From assembly GCF_009914755.1 (NCBI RefSeq), contig NC_060943.1: a DNA stretch of 64,000 nucleotides, one strand, 5' to 3'. The stretch is from the human T2T-CHM13v2.0 reference genome, Homo sapiens. Below are positions 50,644-63,700 of the stretch, one piece after another. Within the stretch, counting starts at the first letter, position 1. Every line of letters starts with the position of its first letter. The notes under the pieces are model-generated. The model was given only the letters and a program-made list of their open reading frames with translations, was not told the origin of the DNA and made no database searches. Made by a program: the position numbers and the translations under genes.

Positions 50644-53600
50644 TCAACTCACAGAGTTGAACGATCCTTTACACAGAGCAGACTTGAAACACTCTTTTTG
50701 TGGAATTTGCAAGTGGAGATTTCAGCCGCTTTGAGTTCAATGGTAGAATAGGAAATATCTTCCTATAGAAACTAGACAGAATGATTCTCAGAAACTCCTT
50801 TGTGATGTGTGCGTTCAACTCACAGAGTTTAACCTCTCTTTTCATAGAGCAGTTGGGAAACACTCTGTTTGTAAAGTCTGCAAGTGGATATTCAGACTTC
50901 TTTGAGGCCTTCGTTGGAAGCGGGATTTCTTCATGTTCTGCTAGACAGAAGAATTCTCAGAAACTTCCTTGTGTTGTGTGTTTTCAACTCACAGAGTTGA
51001 ACGATCCTTTACACAGAGCAGACTTGAAACACTCCTTTTGTGGAATTTGCACGTGGAGATTTCAGCCGCTTTGAGGTCAATGGTAGAATAGGAAATATCT
51101 TCCTATAGAAAGTAGACAGAATGATTCTCAGAAACTCCTTTGTGATGTGTGCGTTCAACTCACAGAGTTTAACCTTTCTTTTCATAGAGCAGTTAGGAAA
51201 CACTCTGTTTGTAAAGTCTGCAAGTGGATATTCAGACCTCCTTGAGGCCTTCGTTGGAAACGGGATTTCTTCATATTATGCTAGACAGAAGAATTCTCAG
51301 TAACTTCCTTGTGTTGTGTGTATTCAACTCACAGAGTTGAACGATCCTTTACACAGAGCAGACTTGAAACACTCTTTTTGTGGAATTTGCAAGTGGAGAT
51401 TTCAGCCGCTTTGAGTTCAATGGTAGAATAGGAAATATCTTCCTATAGAAACTAGACAGAATGATTCTCAGAAACTCCTTTGTGATGTGTGCGTTCAACT
51501 CACAGAGTTCAACCTTTCTTTTCATAGAGCAGTTGGGAAACACTCTGTTTGTAAAGTCTGCAAGTGGATATTCAGACTTCTTTGAGGCCTTCGTTGGAAG
51601 CGGGATTTCTTCATATTCTGCTAGACAGAAGAATTCTCGGTAACTTCCTTGTGTTGTGTGTATTCAACTCACAGAGTTGAAAGATCCTTTACACAGAGCA
51701 GACTTGAAACACTCTTTTTGTGGAATTTGCATGTGGAGATTTCAGCCGCTTTGAGGTCAATGGTAGAATTGGAAATATCTTCCTATAGAAACTAGACAGA
51801 ATGATTCTCAGAAACTCCTTTGTGATGTGTGCGTTCAACTCACAGAGTTTAACCTTTCTTTTCATAGAGCAGTTAGGAAACACTCTGTTTGTAAAGTCTG
51901 CAAGTGGATATTCAGACCTCCTTGAGGCCTTCGTTGGAAACGGGATTTCTTCATATTATGCTAGACAGAAGAATTCTCAGTAACTTCCTTGTGTTGTGTG
52001 TATTCAACTCACAGAGTTGAACGATCCTTTACACAGAGCAGACTTGAAACACTCTTTTTGTGGAATTTGCAAGTGGAGATTTCAGCCGCTTTGAGGTCAA
52101 TGGTAGAATAGGAAATATCTTCCTATAGAAACTAGACAGAATGATTCTCAGAAACTCCTTTGTGATGTGTGCGTTCAACTCACAGAGTTCAACCTTTCTT
52201 TTCATAGAGCAGTTGGGAAACACTCTGTTTGTAAAGTCTGCAAGTGGATATTCAGACTTCTTTGAGGCCTTCGTTGGAAGCGGGATTTCTTCATATTCTG
52301 CTAGACAGAAGAATTCTCAGTAACTGCCTTGTGTTGTGTGTATTCAACTCACAGAGTTGAACGATCCTTTACACAGAGCAGACTTGAAACACTCTTTTTG
52401 TGGAATTTGCAAGTGGAGATTTCAGCCGCTTTGAGGTCAATGGTAGAATAGGAAATATCTTCCTATAGAAACTAGACAGAATGATTCTCAGAAACTCCTT
52501 TGTGATGTGTGCGTTCAACTCACAGAGTTTACCCTTTCTTTTCATAGAGCAGTTAGGAAACACTCTGTTTGTAAAGTCTGCAAGTGGATATTCAGACATC
52601 CTTGAGGCTTTCGTTGGAAACGGGATTTCTTCATATTCTGCCAGAAAGAAGAATTCTCAGTAACTTCCTTGTGTTGTGTGTATTCAACTCACAGAGTTGA
52701 ACGATCCTTTACACAGAGCAGACTTGAAACACTCTTTTTGTGGAATTTGCAAGTGGAGATTTCAGCCGCTTTGAGTTCAATGGTAGAATAGGAAATATCT
52801 TCCTATAGAAACTAGACAGAATGATTCTCAGAAACTCCTTTGTGATGTGTGCGTTCAACTCACAGAGTTCAACCTTTCTTTTCATAGAGCAGTTGGGAAA
52901 CACTCTGTTTGTAAAGTCTGCAAGTGGATATTCAGACTTCTTTGAGGCCTTCGTTGGAAGCGGGATTTCTTCATGTTCTGCTAGACAGAAGAATTCTCAG
53001 AAACTTCCTTGTGTTGTGTGTTTTCAACTCACAGAGTTGAACGATCCTTTACACAGAGCAGACTTGAAACACTCCTTTTGTGGAATTTGCAAGTGGAGAT
53101 TTCAGCCGCTTTGAGGTCAATGGTAGAATAGGAAATATCTTCCTATAGAAAGTAGACAGAATGATTCTCAGAAACTCCTTTGTGATGTGTGCGTTCAACT
53201 CACAGAGTTTAACCTTTCTTTTCATAGAGCAGTTAGGAAACACTCTGTTTGTAAAGTCTGCAAGTGGATATTCAGACCTCCTTGAGGCCTTCGTTGGAAA
53301 CGGGATTTCTTCATATTATGCTAGAAAGAAGAATTCTCAGTAACTTCCTTGTGTTGTGTGTATTCAACTCACAGAGTTGAACGATCCTTTACACAGAGCA
53401 GACTTGAAACACTCTTTTTGTGGAATTTGCAAGTGGAGATTTCAGCCGCTTTGAGTTCAATGGTAGAATAGGAAATATCTTCCTATAGAAACTAGACAGA
53501 ATGATTCTCAGAAACTCCTTTGTGATGTGTGCGTTCAACTCAGAGAGTTCAACCTTTCTTTTCATAGAGCAGTTGGGAAACACTCTGTTTGTAAAGTCTG

Positions 53601-54723
53601 CAAGTGGATATTCAGACTTCTTTGAGGCCTTCGTTGGAAGCGGGATTTCTTCATATTCTGCTAGACAGAAGAATTCTCAGTAACTGCCTTGTGTTGTGTG
53701 TATTCAACTCACAGAGTTGAACGATCCTTTACACAGAGCAGACTTGAAACACTCTTTTTGTGGAATTTGCAAGTGGAGATTTCAGCCGCTTTGAGGTCAA
53801 TGGCAGAATAGGAAATATCTTCCTATAGAAACTAGACAGAATGATTCTCAGAAACTCCTTTGTGATGTGTGCGTTCAACTCACAGAGTTTAACCTTTCTT
53901 TTCATAGAGCAGTTAGGAAATACTCTGTTTGTAAAGTCTGCAAGTGGATATTCAGACCTCCTTGAGGCCTTCGTTGGAAACGGGATTTCTTCATATTATG
54001 CTAGACAGAAGAATTCTCAGTAACTTCCTTGTGTTGTGTGTATTCAACTCACAGAGTTGAACGATCCTTTACACAGAGCAGACTTGAAACACTCTTTTTG
54101 TGGAATTTGCAAGTGGAGATTTCAGCCGCTTTGAGGTCAATGGTAGAATAGGAAATATCTTCCTATAGAAACTAGACAGAATGATTCTCAGAAACTCCTT
54201 TGTGATGTGTGCGTTCAACTCACAGAGTTCAACCTTTCTTTTCATAGAGCAGTTGGGAAACACTCTGTTTGTAAAGTCTGCAAGTGGACATTCAGACTTC
54301 TTTGAGGCCTTCGTTGGAAGCGGGATTTCTTCATATTCTGCTAGACAGAAGAATTCTCAGTAACTGCCTTGTGTTGTGTGTATTCAACTCACAGAGTTGA
54401 ACGATCCTTTACACAGAGCAGACTTGAAACACTCTTTTTGTGGAATTTGCAAGTGGAGATTTCAGCCGCTTTGAGGTCAATGGTAGAATAGGAAATATCT
54501 TCCTATAGAAACTAGACAGAATGATTCTCAGAAACTCCTTTGTGATGTGTGCGTTCAACTCACAGAGTTTACCCTTTCTTTTCATAGAGCAGTTAGGAAA
54601 CACTCTGTTTGTAAAGTCTGCAAGTGGATATTCAGACATCCTTGAGGCTTTCGTTGGAAACGGGATTTCTTCATATTCTGCTGGAAAGAAGAATTCTCAG
54701 TAACTTCCTTGTGTTGTGTGTAT
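50644..54723 (+). repeat. More diverged tandem duplication with 6-dimer (2040 bp) period
   Basis: cagAaacttcc and gtgTTttcaac at 50961+50982 and 53001+53022, and aaaGtagac at 51112/53152. Several singleton differences separate the copies. Confidence 0.75.
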
Positions 54724-57700
54724 TCAACTCACAGAGTTGAACGATCCTTTACACAGAGCAGACTTGAAACACTCTTTTTGTGGAATTTGCAAGTGGAGAT
54801 TTCAGCCGCTTTGAGGTCAATGGTAGAATAGGAAATATCTTCCTATAGAAACTAGACAGAATGATTCTCAGAAACTCCTTTGTGATGTGTGCGTTCAACT
54901 CACACAGTTTAACCTTTCTTTTCATAGAGCAGTTAGGAAACACTCTGTTTGTAAAGTCTGCAAGTGGATATTCAGACCTCCTTGAGGCCTTCGTTGGAAA
55001 CGGGATTTCTTCATATTATGCTAGACAGAAGAATTCTCAGTAACTTCCTTGTGTTGTGTGTATTCAACTCACAGAGTTGAACGATCCTTTACACAGAGCA
55101 GACTTGAAACACTCTTTTTGTGGAATTTGCAAGTGGAGATTTCAGCCGCTTTGAGTTCAATGGTAGAATAGGAAATATCTTCCTATAGAAACTAGACAGA
55201 ATGATTCTCAGAAACTCCTTTGTGATGTGTGCGTTCAACTCACAGAGTTCAACCTTTCTTTTCATAGAGCAGTTGGGAAACACTCTGTTTGTAAAGTCTG
55301 CAAGTGGATATTCAGACTTCTTTGAGGCCTTCGTTGGAAGCGGGATTTCTTCATGTTCTGCTAGACAGAAGAATTCTCAGTAACTTCCTTGTGTTGTGTG
55401 TATTCAACTCAGAGAGTTGAACGATCCTTTACACAGAGCAGACTTGAAACACTCTTTTTGTGGAATTTGCAAGTGGAGATTTCAGCCGCTTTGAGGTCAA
55501 TGGTAGAATAGGAAATATCTTCCTATAGAAACTAGACAGAATGATTCTCAGAAACTCCTTTGTGATGTGTGCGTTCAACTCACAGAGTTTAACCTTTCTT
55601 TTCATAGAGCAGTTAGGAAACACTCTGTTTGTAAAGTCTGCAAGTGGATATTCAGACATCCTTGAGGCTTTCGTTGGAAACGGGATTTCTTCATATTCTG
55701 CTAGAAAGAAGAATTCTCAGTAACTTCCTTGTGTTGTGTGTATTCAACTCACAGAGTTGAACGATCCTTTACACAGAGCAGACTTGAAACACTCTTTTTG
55801 TGGAATTTGCAAGTGGAGATTTCAGCCGCTTTGAGGTCAATGGTAGAATAGGAAATATCTTCCTATAGAAACTAGACAGAATGATTCTCAGAAACTCCTT
55901 TGTGATGTGTGCGTTCAACTCACACAGTTTAACCTTTCTTTTCATAGCGCAGTTGAGAAACACTCTGTTTGTAAAGTCTGCAAGTGGATATTCAGACATC
56001 CTTGAGGCTTTCGTTGGAAACGGGATTTCTTCATATTCTGCTAGAAAGAAGAATTCTCAGTAACTTCCTTGTGTTGTGTGTATTCAACTCACAGAGTTGA
56101 ACGATCCTTTACACAGAGCAGACTTGAAACACTCTTTTTGTGGAATTTGCAAGTGGAGATTTCAGCCGCTTTGAGGTCAATGGTAGAATAGGAAATATCT
56201 TCCTATAGAAACTAGACAGAATGATTCTCAGAAACTCCTTTGTGATGTGTGCGTTCAACTCACAGAGTTTAACCTTTCTTTTCATAGAGCAGTTAGGAAA
56301 CACTCTGTTTGTAAAGTCTGCAAGTGGATATTCAGACATCCTTGAGGCTTTCGTTGGAAACGGGATTTCTTCATATTCTGCTAGAAAGAAGAATTCTCAG
56401 TAACTTCCTTGTGTTGTGTGTATTCAACTCACAGAGTTGAACGATCCTTTACACAGAGCAGACTTGAAACACTCTTTTTGTGGAATTTGCAAGTGGAGAT
56501 TTCAGCCGCTTTGAGGTCAATGGTAGAATAGGAAATATCTTCCTATAGAAACTAGACAGAATGATTCTCAGAAACTCCTTTGTGATGTGTGCGTTCAACT
56601 CACAGAGTTTAACCTTTCTTTTCATAGAGCAGTTGGGAAACACTCTGTTTGTAAAGTCTGCAAGTGGATATTCAGACATCCTTGAGGCTTTCGTTGGAAA
56701 CGGGATTTCTTCATATTCTGCTAGAAAGAAGAATTCTCAGTAACGTCCTTGTGTTGTGTGTATTCAACTCACAGAGTTGAACGATCCTTTACACAGAGCA
56801 GACTTGAAACACTCTTTTTGTGGAATTTGCAAGTGGAGATTTCAGCCGCTTTGAGTTCAATGGTAGAATAGGAAATATCTTCCTATAGAAACTAGACAGA
56901 ATGATTCTCAGAAACTCCTTTGTGATGTGTGCGTTCAACTCACAGAGTTCAACCTTTCTTTTCATAGAGCAGTTGGGAAACACTCTGTTTGTAAAGTCTG
57001 CAAGTGGATATTCAGACTTCTTTGAGGCCTTCGTTGGAAGCGGGATTTCTTCATATTCTGCTAGACAGAAGAATTCTCAGTAACTGCCTTGTGTTGTGTG
57101 TATTCAACTCACAGAGTTGAACGATCCTTTACACAGAGCAGACTTGAAACACTCTTTTTGTGGAATTTGCAAGTGGAGATTTCAGCCGCTTTGAGGTCAA
57201 TGGTAGAATAGGAAATATCTTCCTATAGAAACTAGACAGAATGATTCTCAGAAACTCCTTTGTGATGTGTGCGTTCAACTCACAGAGTTTACCCTTTCTT
57301 TTCATAGAGCAGTTAGGAAACACTCTGTTTGTAAAGTCTGCAAGTGGATATTCAGACCTCCTTGAGGCTTTCGTTGGAAACGGGATTTCTTCATATTCTG
57401 CTAGAAAGAAGAATTCTCAGTAACTTCCTTGTGTTGTGTGTATTCAACTCACAGAGTTGAACGATCCTTTACACAGAGCAGACTTGAAACACTCTTTTTG
57501 TGGAATTTGCAAGTGGAGATTTCAGCCGCTTTGAGGTCAATGGTAGAATAGGAAATATCTTCCTATAGAAACTAGACAGAATGATTCTCAGAAACTCCTT
57601 TGTGATGTGTGCGTTCAACTCACACAGTTTAACCTTTCTTTTCATAGAGCAGTTAGGAAACACTCTGTTTGAAAAGTCTGCAAGTGGATATTCAGACCTC

Positions 57701-60700
57701 CTTGAGGCCTTCGTTGGAAACGGGATTTCTTCATATTATGCTAGACAGAAGAATTCTCAGTAACTTCCTTGTGTTGTGTGTATTCAACTCACAGAGTTGA
57801 ACGATCCTTTACACAGAGCAGACTTGAAACACTCTTTTTGTGGAATTTGCAAGTGGAGATTTCAGCCGCTTTGAGTTCAATGGTAGAATAGGAAATATCT
57901 TCCTATAGAAACTAGACAGAATGATTCTCAGAAACTCCTTTGTGATGTGTGCGTTCAACTCACAGAGTTCAACCTTTCTTTTCATAGAGCAGTTGGGAAA
58001 CACTCTGTTTGTAAAGTCTGCAAGTGGATATTCAGACTTCTTTGAGGCCTTCGTTGGAAGCGGGATTTCTTCATGTTCTGCTAGACAGTAGAATTCTCAG
58101 TAACTTCCTTGTGTTGTGTGTATTCAACTCAGAGAGTTGAACGATCCTTTACACAGAGCAGACTTGAAACACTCTTTTTGTGGAATTTGCAAGTGGAGAT
58201 TTCAGCCGCTTTGAGGTCAATGGTAGAATAGGAAATATCTTCCTATAGAAACTAGACAGAATGATTCTCAGAAACTCCTTTGTGATGTGTGCGTTCAACT
58301 CACAGAGTTTAACCTTTCTTTTCATAGAGCAGTTAGGAAACACTCTGTTTGTAAAGTCTGCAAGTGGATATTCAGACATCCTTGAGGCTTTCGTTGGAAA
58401 CGGGATTTCTTCATATTCTGCTAGAAAGAAGAATTCTCAGTAACTTCCTTGTGTTGTGTGTATTCAACTCACAGAGTTGAACGATCCTTTACACAGAGCA
58501 GACTTGAAACACTCTTTTTGTGGAATTTGCAAGTGGAGATTTCAGCCGCTTTGAGGTCAATGGTAGAATAGGAAATATCTTCCTATAGAAACTAGACAGA
58601 ATGATTCTCAGAAACTCCTTTGTGATGTGTGCGTTCAACTCACAGAGTTTAACCTTTCTTTTCATAGCGCAGTTGGGAAACACTCTGTTTGTAAAGTCTG
58701 CAAGTGGATATTCAGACATCCTTGAGGCTTTCGTTGGAAACGGGATTTCTTCATATTCTGCTAGAAAGAAGAATTCTCAGTAACTTCCTTGTGTTGTGTG
58801 TATTCAACTCACAGAGTTGAACGATCCTTTACACAGAGCAGACTTGAAACACTCTTTTTGTGGAATTTGCAAGTGGAGATTTCAGCCGCTTTGAGGTCAA
58901 TGGTAGAATAGGAAATATCTTCCTATAGAAACTAGACAGAATGATTCTCAGAAACTCCTTTGTGATGTGTGCGTTCAACTCACAGAGTTTAACCTTTCTT
59001 TTCATAGAGCAGTTGGGAAACACTCTGTTTGTAAAGTCTGCAAGTGGATATTCAGACATCCTTGAGACTTTCGTTGGAAACGGGATTTCTTCATATTCTG
59101 CTAGAAGGAAGAATTCTCAGTAACTTCCTTGTGTTGTGTGTATTCAACTCACAGAGTTGAACGATCCTTTACACAGAGCAGACTTGAAACACTCTTTTTG
59201 CGGAATTTGCAAGTGGAGATTTCAGCCGCTTTGAGGTCAATGGTAGAATAGGAAATATCTTCCTATAGAAACTAGACAGAATGATTCTCAGAAACTCCTT
59301 TGTGATGTGTGCGTTCAACTCACACAGTTTAACCTTTCTTTTCATAGAGCAGTTGGGAAACACTCTGTTTGTAAAGTCTGCAAGTGGATATTCAGACCTC
59401 CTTGCGGCCTTCGTTGGAAACGGGATTTCTTCATATTATGCTAGACAGAAGAATTCTCAGTAACTTCCTTGTGTTGTGTGTATTCAACTCACGGAGTTGA
59501 ACGATCCTTTACACAGAGCAGACTTGAAACACTCTTTTTGTGGAATTTGCAAGTGGAGATTTCAGCCGCTTTGAAGTCAATGGTAGAATAGGAAATATCT
59601 TCCTATAGAAACTAGACAGAATGATTCTCAGAAACTCCTTTGTGATGTGTGCGATCAACTCACACAGTTTAACCTTTCTTTTCATAGAGCAGTTAGGAAA
59701 CACTCTGTTTGTAAAGTCTGCAAGTGGATATTCAGACATCCTTGAGGCTTTCGTTGGAAACGGGATTTCTTCATATTCTGCTAGAAAGAAGAATTCTCAG
59801 TAACTTCCTTGTGTTGTGTGTATTCAACTCACAGAGTTGAACGATCCTTTACACAGAGCAGACTTGAAACACTCTTTTTGTGGAATTTGCAAGTGGAGAT
59901 TTCAGCCGCTTTGAGGTCAATGGTAGAATAGGAAATATCTTCCTATAGAAACTAGACAGAATGATTCTCAGAAACTCCTTTGTGATGTGTGCGTTCAACT
60001 CACAGAGTTTAACCTTTCTTTTCACAGCGCAGTTGGGAAACACTCTGTTTGTAAAGTCTGCAAGTGGATATTCAGACATCCTTGAGGCTTTCGTTGGAAA
60101 CGGGATTTCTTCATATTCTGCTAGAAAGAAGAATTCTCAGTAACTTCCTTGTGTTGTGTGTATTCAACTCACAGAGTTGAGCGATCCTTTACACAGAGCA
60201 GACTTGAAACACTCTTTTTGTGGAATTTGCAAGTGGAGATTTCAGCCGCTTTGAGGTCAATGGTAGAATAGGAAATATCTTCCTATAGAAACTAGACAGA
60301 ATGATTCTCAGAAACTCCTTTGTGATGTGTGCGTTCAACTCACAGAGTTTAACCTTTCTTTTCATAGAGCAGTTGGGAAACACTCTGTTTGTAAAGTCTG
60401 CAAGTGGATATTCAGACATCCTTGAGACTTTCGTTGGAAACGGGATTTCTTCATATTCTGCTAGAAGGAAGAATTCTCAGTAACTTCCTTGTGTTGTGTG
60501 TATTCAACTCACAGAGTTGAACGATCCTTTACACAGAGCAGACTTGAAACACTCTTTTTGCGGAATTTGCAAGTGGAGATTTCAGCCGCTTTGAGGTCAA
60601 TGGTAGAATAGGAAATATCTTCCTATAGAAACTAGACAGAATGATTCTCAGAAACTCCTTTGTGATGTGTGCGTTCAACTCACACAGTTTAACCTTTCTT

Positions 60701-63700
60701 TTCATAGAGCAGTTGGGAAACACTCTGTTTGTAAAGTCTGCAAGTGGATATTCAGACCTCCTTGCGGCCTTCGTTGGAAACGGGATTTCTTCATATTATG
60801 CTAGACAGAAGAATTCTCAGTAACTTCCTTGTGTTGTGTGTATTCAACTCACGGAGTTGAACGATCCTTTACACAGAGCAGACTTGAAACACTCTTTTTG
60901 TGGAATTTGCAAGTGGAGATTTCAGCCGCTTTGAAGTCAATGGTAGAATAGGAAATATCTTCCTATAGAAACTAGACAGAATGATTCTCAGAAACTCCTT
61001 TGTGATGTGTGCGTTCAACTCACACAGTTTAACCTTTCTTTTCATAGAGCAGTTAGGAAACACTCTGTTTGTAAAGTCTGCAAGTGGATATTCAGACCTC
61101 CTTGAGGCCTTCGTTGGAAACGGGATTTCTTCATATTCTGCTAGAAAGAAGAATTCTCAGTAACTTCCTTGTGTTGTGTGAATTCAACTCACAGAGTTGA
61201 ACGATCCTTTACACAGAGCAGACTTGAAACACTCTTTTTGTGGAATTTGCAAGTGGAGATTTCAGCCGCTTTGAGGTCAATGGTAGAATAGGAAATATCT
61301 TCCTATAGAAACTAGACAGAATGATTCTCAGAAACTCCTTTGTGATGTGTGCGTTCAACTCACAGAGTTTAACCTTTCTTTTCATAGAGCAGTTAGGAAA
61401 CACTCTGTTTGTAAAGTCTGCAAGTGGATATTCAGACATCCTTGAGGCTTTCGTTGGAAACGGGATTTCTTCATATTCTGCTAGAAAGAAGAATTCTCAG
61501 TAACTTCCTTGTGTTGTGTGTATTCAACTCACAGAGTTGAACGATCCTTTACACAGAGCAGACTTGAAACACTCTTTTTGTGGAATTTGCAAGTGGAGAT
61601 TTCAGCCGCTTTGAGGTCAATGGTAGAATAGGAAATATCTTCCTATAGAAACTAGACAGAATGATTCTCAGAAACTCCTTTGTGATGTGTGCGTTCAACT
61701 CACAGAGTTTACCCTTTCTTTTCATAGAGCAGTTGGGAAACACTCTGTTTGTAAAGTCTGCAAGTGGATATTCAGACATCCTTGAGGCTTTCGTTGGAAA
61801 CGGGATTTCTTCATATTCTGCTAGAAAGAAGAATTCTCAGTAACTTCCTTGTGTTGTGTGTATTCAACTCACAGAGTTGAACGATCCTTTACACAGAGCA
61901 GACTTGAAACACTCTTTTTGTGGAATTTGCAAGTGGAGATTTCAGCCGCTTTGAGTTCAATGGTAGAATAGGAAATATCTTCCTATAGAAACTAGACAGA
62001 ATGATTCTCAGAAACTCCTTTGTGATGTGTGCGTTCAACTCACAGAGTTCAACCTTTCTTTTCATAGAGCAGTTGGGAAACACTCTGTTTGTAAAGTCTG
62101 CAAGTGGATATTCAGACTTCTTTGAGGCCTTCGTTGGAAGCGGGATTTCTTCATATTCTGCTAGACAGAAGAATTCTCAGTAACTGCCTTGTGTTGTGTG
62201 TATTCAACTCACAGAGTTGAACGATCCTTTACACAGAGCAGACTTGAAACACTCTTTTTGTGGAATTTGCAAGTGGAGATTTCAGCCGCTTTGAGGTCAA
62301 TGGTAGAATAGGAAATATCTTCCTATAGAAACTAGACAGAATGATTCTCAGAAACTCCTTTGTGATGTGTGCGTTCAACTCACAGAGTTTACCCTTTCTT
62401 TTCATAGAGCAGTTAGGAAACACTCTGTTTGTAAAGTCTGCAAGTGGATATTCAGACATCCTTGAGGCTTTCGTTGGAAACGGGATTTCTTCATATTCTG
62501 CTAGAAAGAAGAATTCTCAGTAACTTCCTTGTGTTGTGTGTATTCAACTCACAGAGTTGAACGATCCTTTACACAGAGCAGACTTGAAACACTCTTTTTG
62601 TGGAATTTGCAAGTGGAGATTTCAGCCGCTTTGAGGTCAATGGTAGAATAGGAAATATCTTCCTATAGAAACTAGACAGAATGATTCTCAGAAACTCCTT
62701 TGTGATGTGTGCGTTCAACTCACAGAGTTCAACCTTTCTTTTCATAGAGCAGTTGGGAAACACTCTGTTTGTAAAGTCTGCAAGTGGATATTCAGACTTC
62801 TTTGAGGCCTTCGTTGGAAGCGGGATTTCTTCATGTTCTGCTAGACAGAAGAATTCTCAGTAACTGCCTTGTGTTGTGTGTATTCAACTCACAGAGTTGA
62901 ACGATTCTTTACACAGAGCAGACTTGAAACACTCCTTTTGTGGAATTTGCAAGTTGAGATTTCAGCCGCTTTGAGGTCAATGGTAGAATAGGAAATATCT
63001 TCCTATAGAAAGTAGACAGAATGATTCTCAGAAACTCCTTTGTGATGTGTGCGTTCAACTCACAGAGTTTAACCTTTCTTTTCATAGAGCAGTTAGGAAA
63101 CACTCTGTTTGTAAAGTCTGCAAGTGGATATTCAGACATCCTTGAGGCTTTCGTTGGAAACGGGATTTCTTCATATTCTGCTAGAAAGAAGAATTCTCAG
63201 TAACTTCCTTGTGTTGTGTGTATTCAACTCACAGAGTTGAACGATCCTTTACACAGAGCAGACTTGAAACACTCTTTTTGTGGAATTTGCAAGTGGAGAT
63301 TTCAGCCGCTTTGAGGTCAATGGTAGAATAGGAAATATCTTCCTATAGAAAGTAGACAGAATGATTCTCAGAAACTCCTTTGTGATGTGTGCGTTCAACT
63401 CACAGAGTTTAACCTTTCTTTTCATAGAGCAGTTGGGAAACACTCTGTTTGTAAAGTCTGCAAGTGGATATTCAGACATCCTTGAGGCTTTCGTTGTAAA
63501 CGGGATTTCTTCATATTCTGCTAGAAAGAAGAATTCTCAGTAACTTCCTTGTGTTGTGTGTATTCAACTCACAGAGTTGAACGATCCTTTACACAGAGCA
63601 GACTTGAAACACTCTTTTTGTGGAATTTGCAAGTGGAGATTTCAGCCGCTTTGAGTTCAATGGTAGAATAGGAAATATCTTCCTATAGAAACTAGACAGA

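Noticed and set aside
50781-51074. Extended 97-aa ORFs (also 52821, 63701) and 85-102 aa minus-strand ORFs
   Set aside because: Each results from a single substitution removing a stop (cagTaa>cagAaa; cctTta>cctAta) or creating a start; there is no sign of coding selection.
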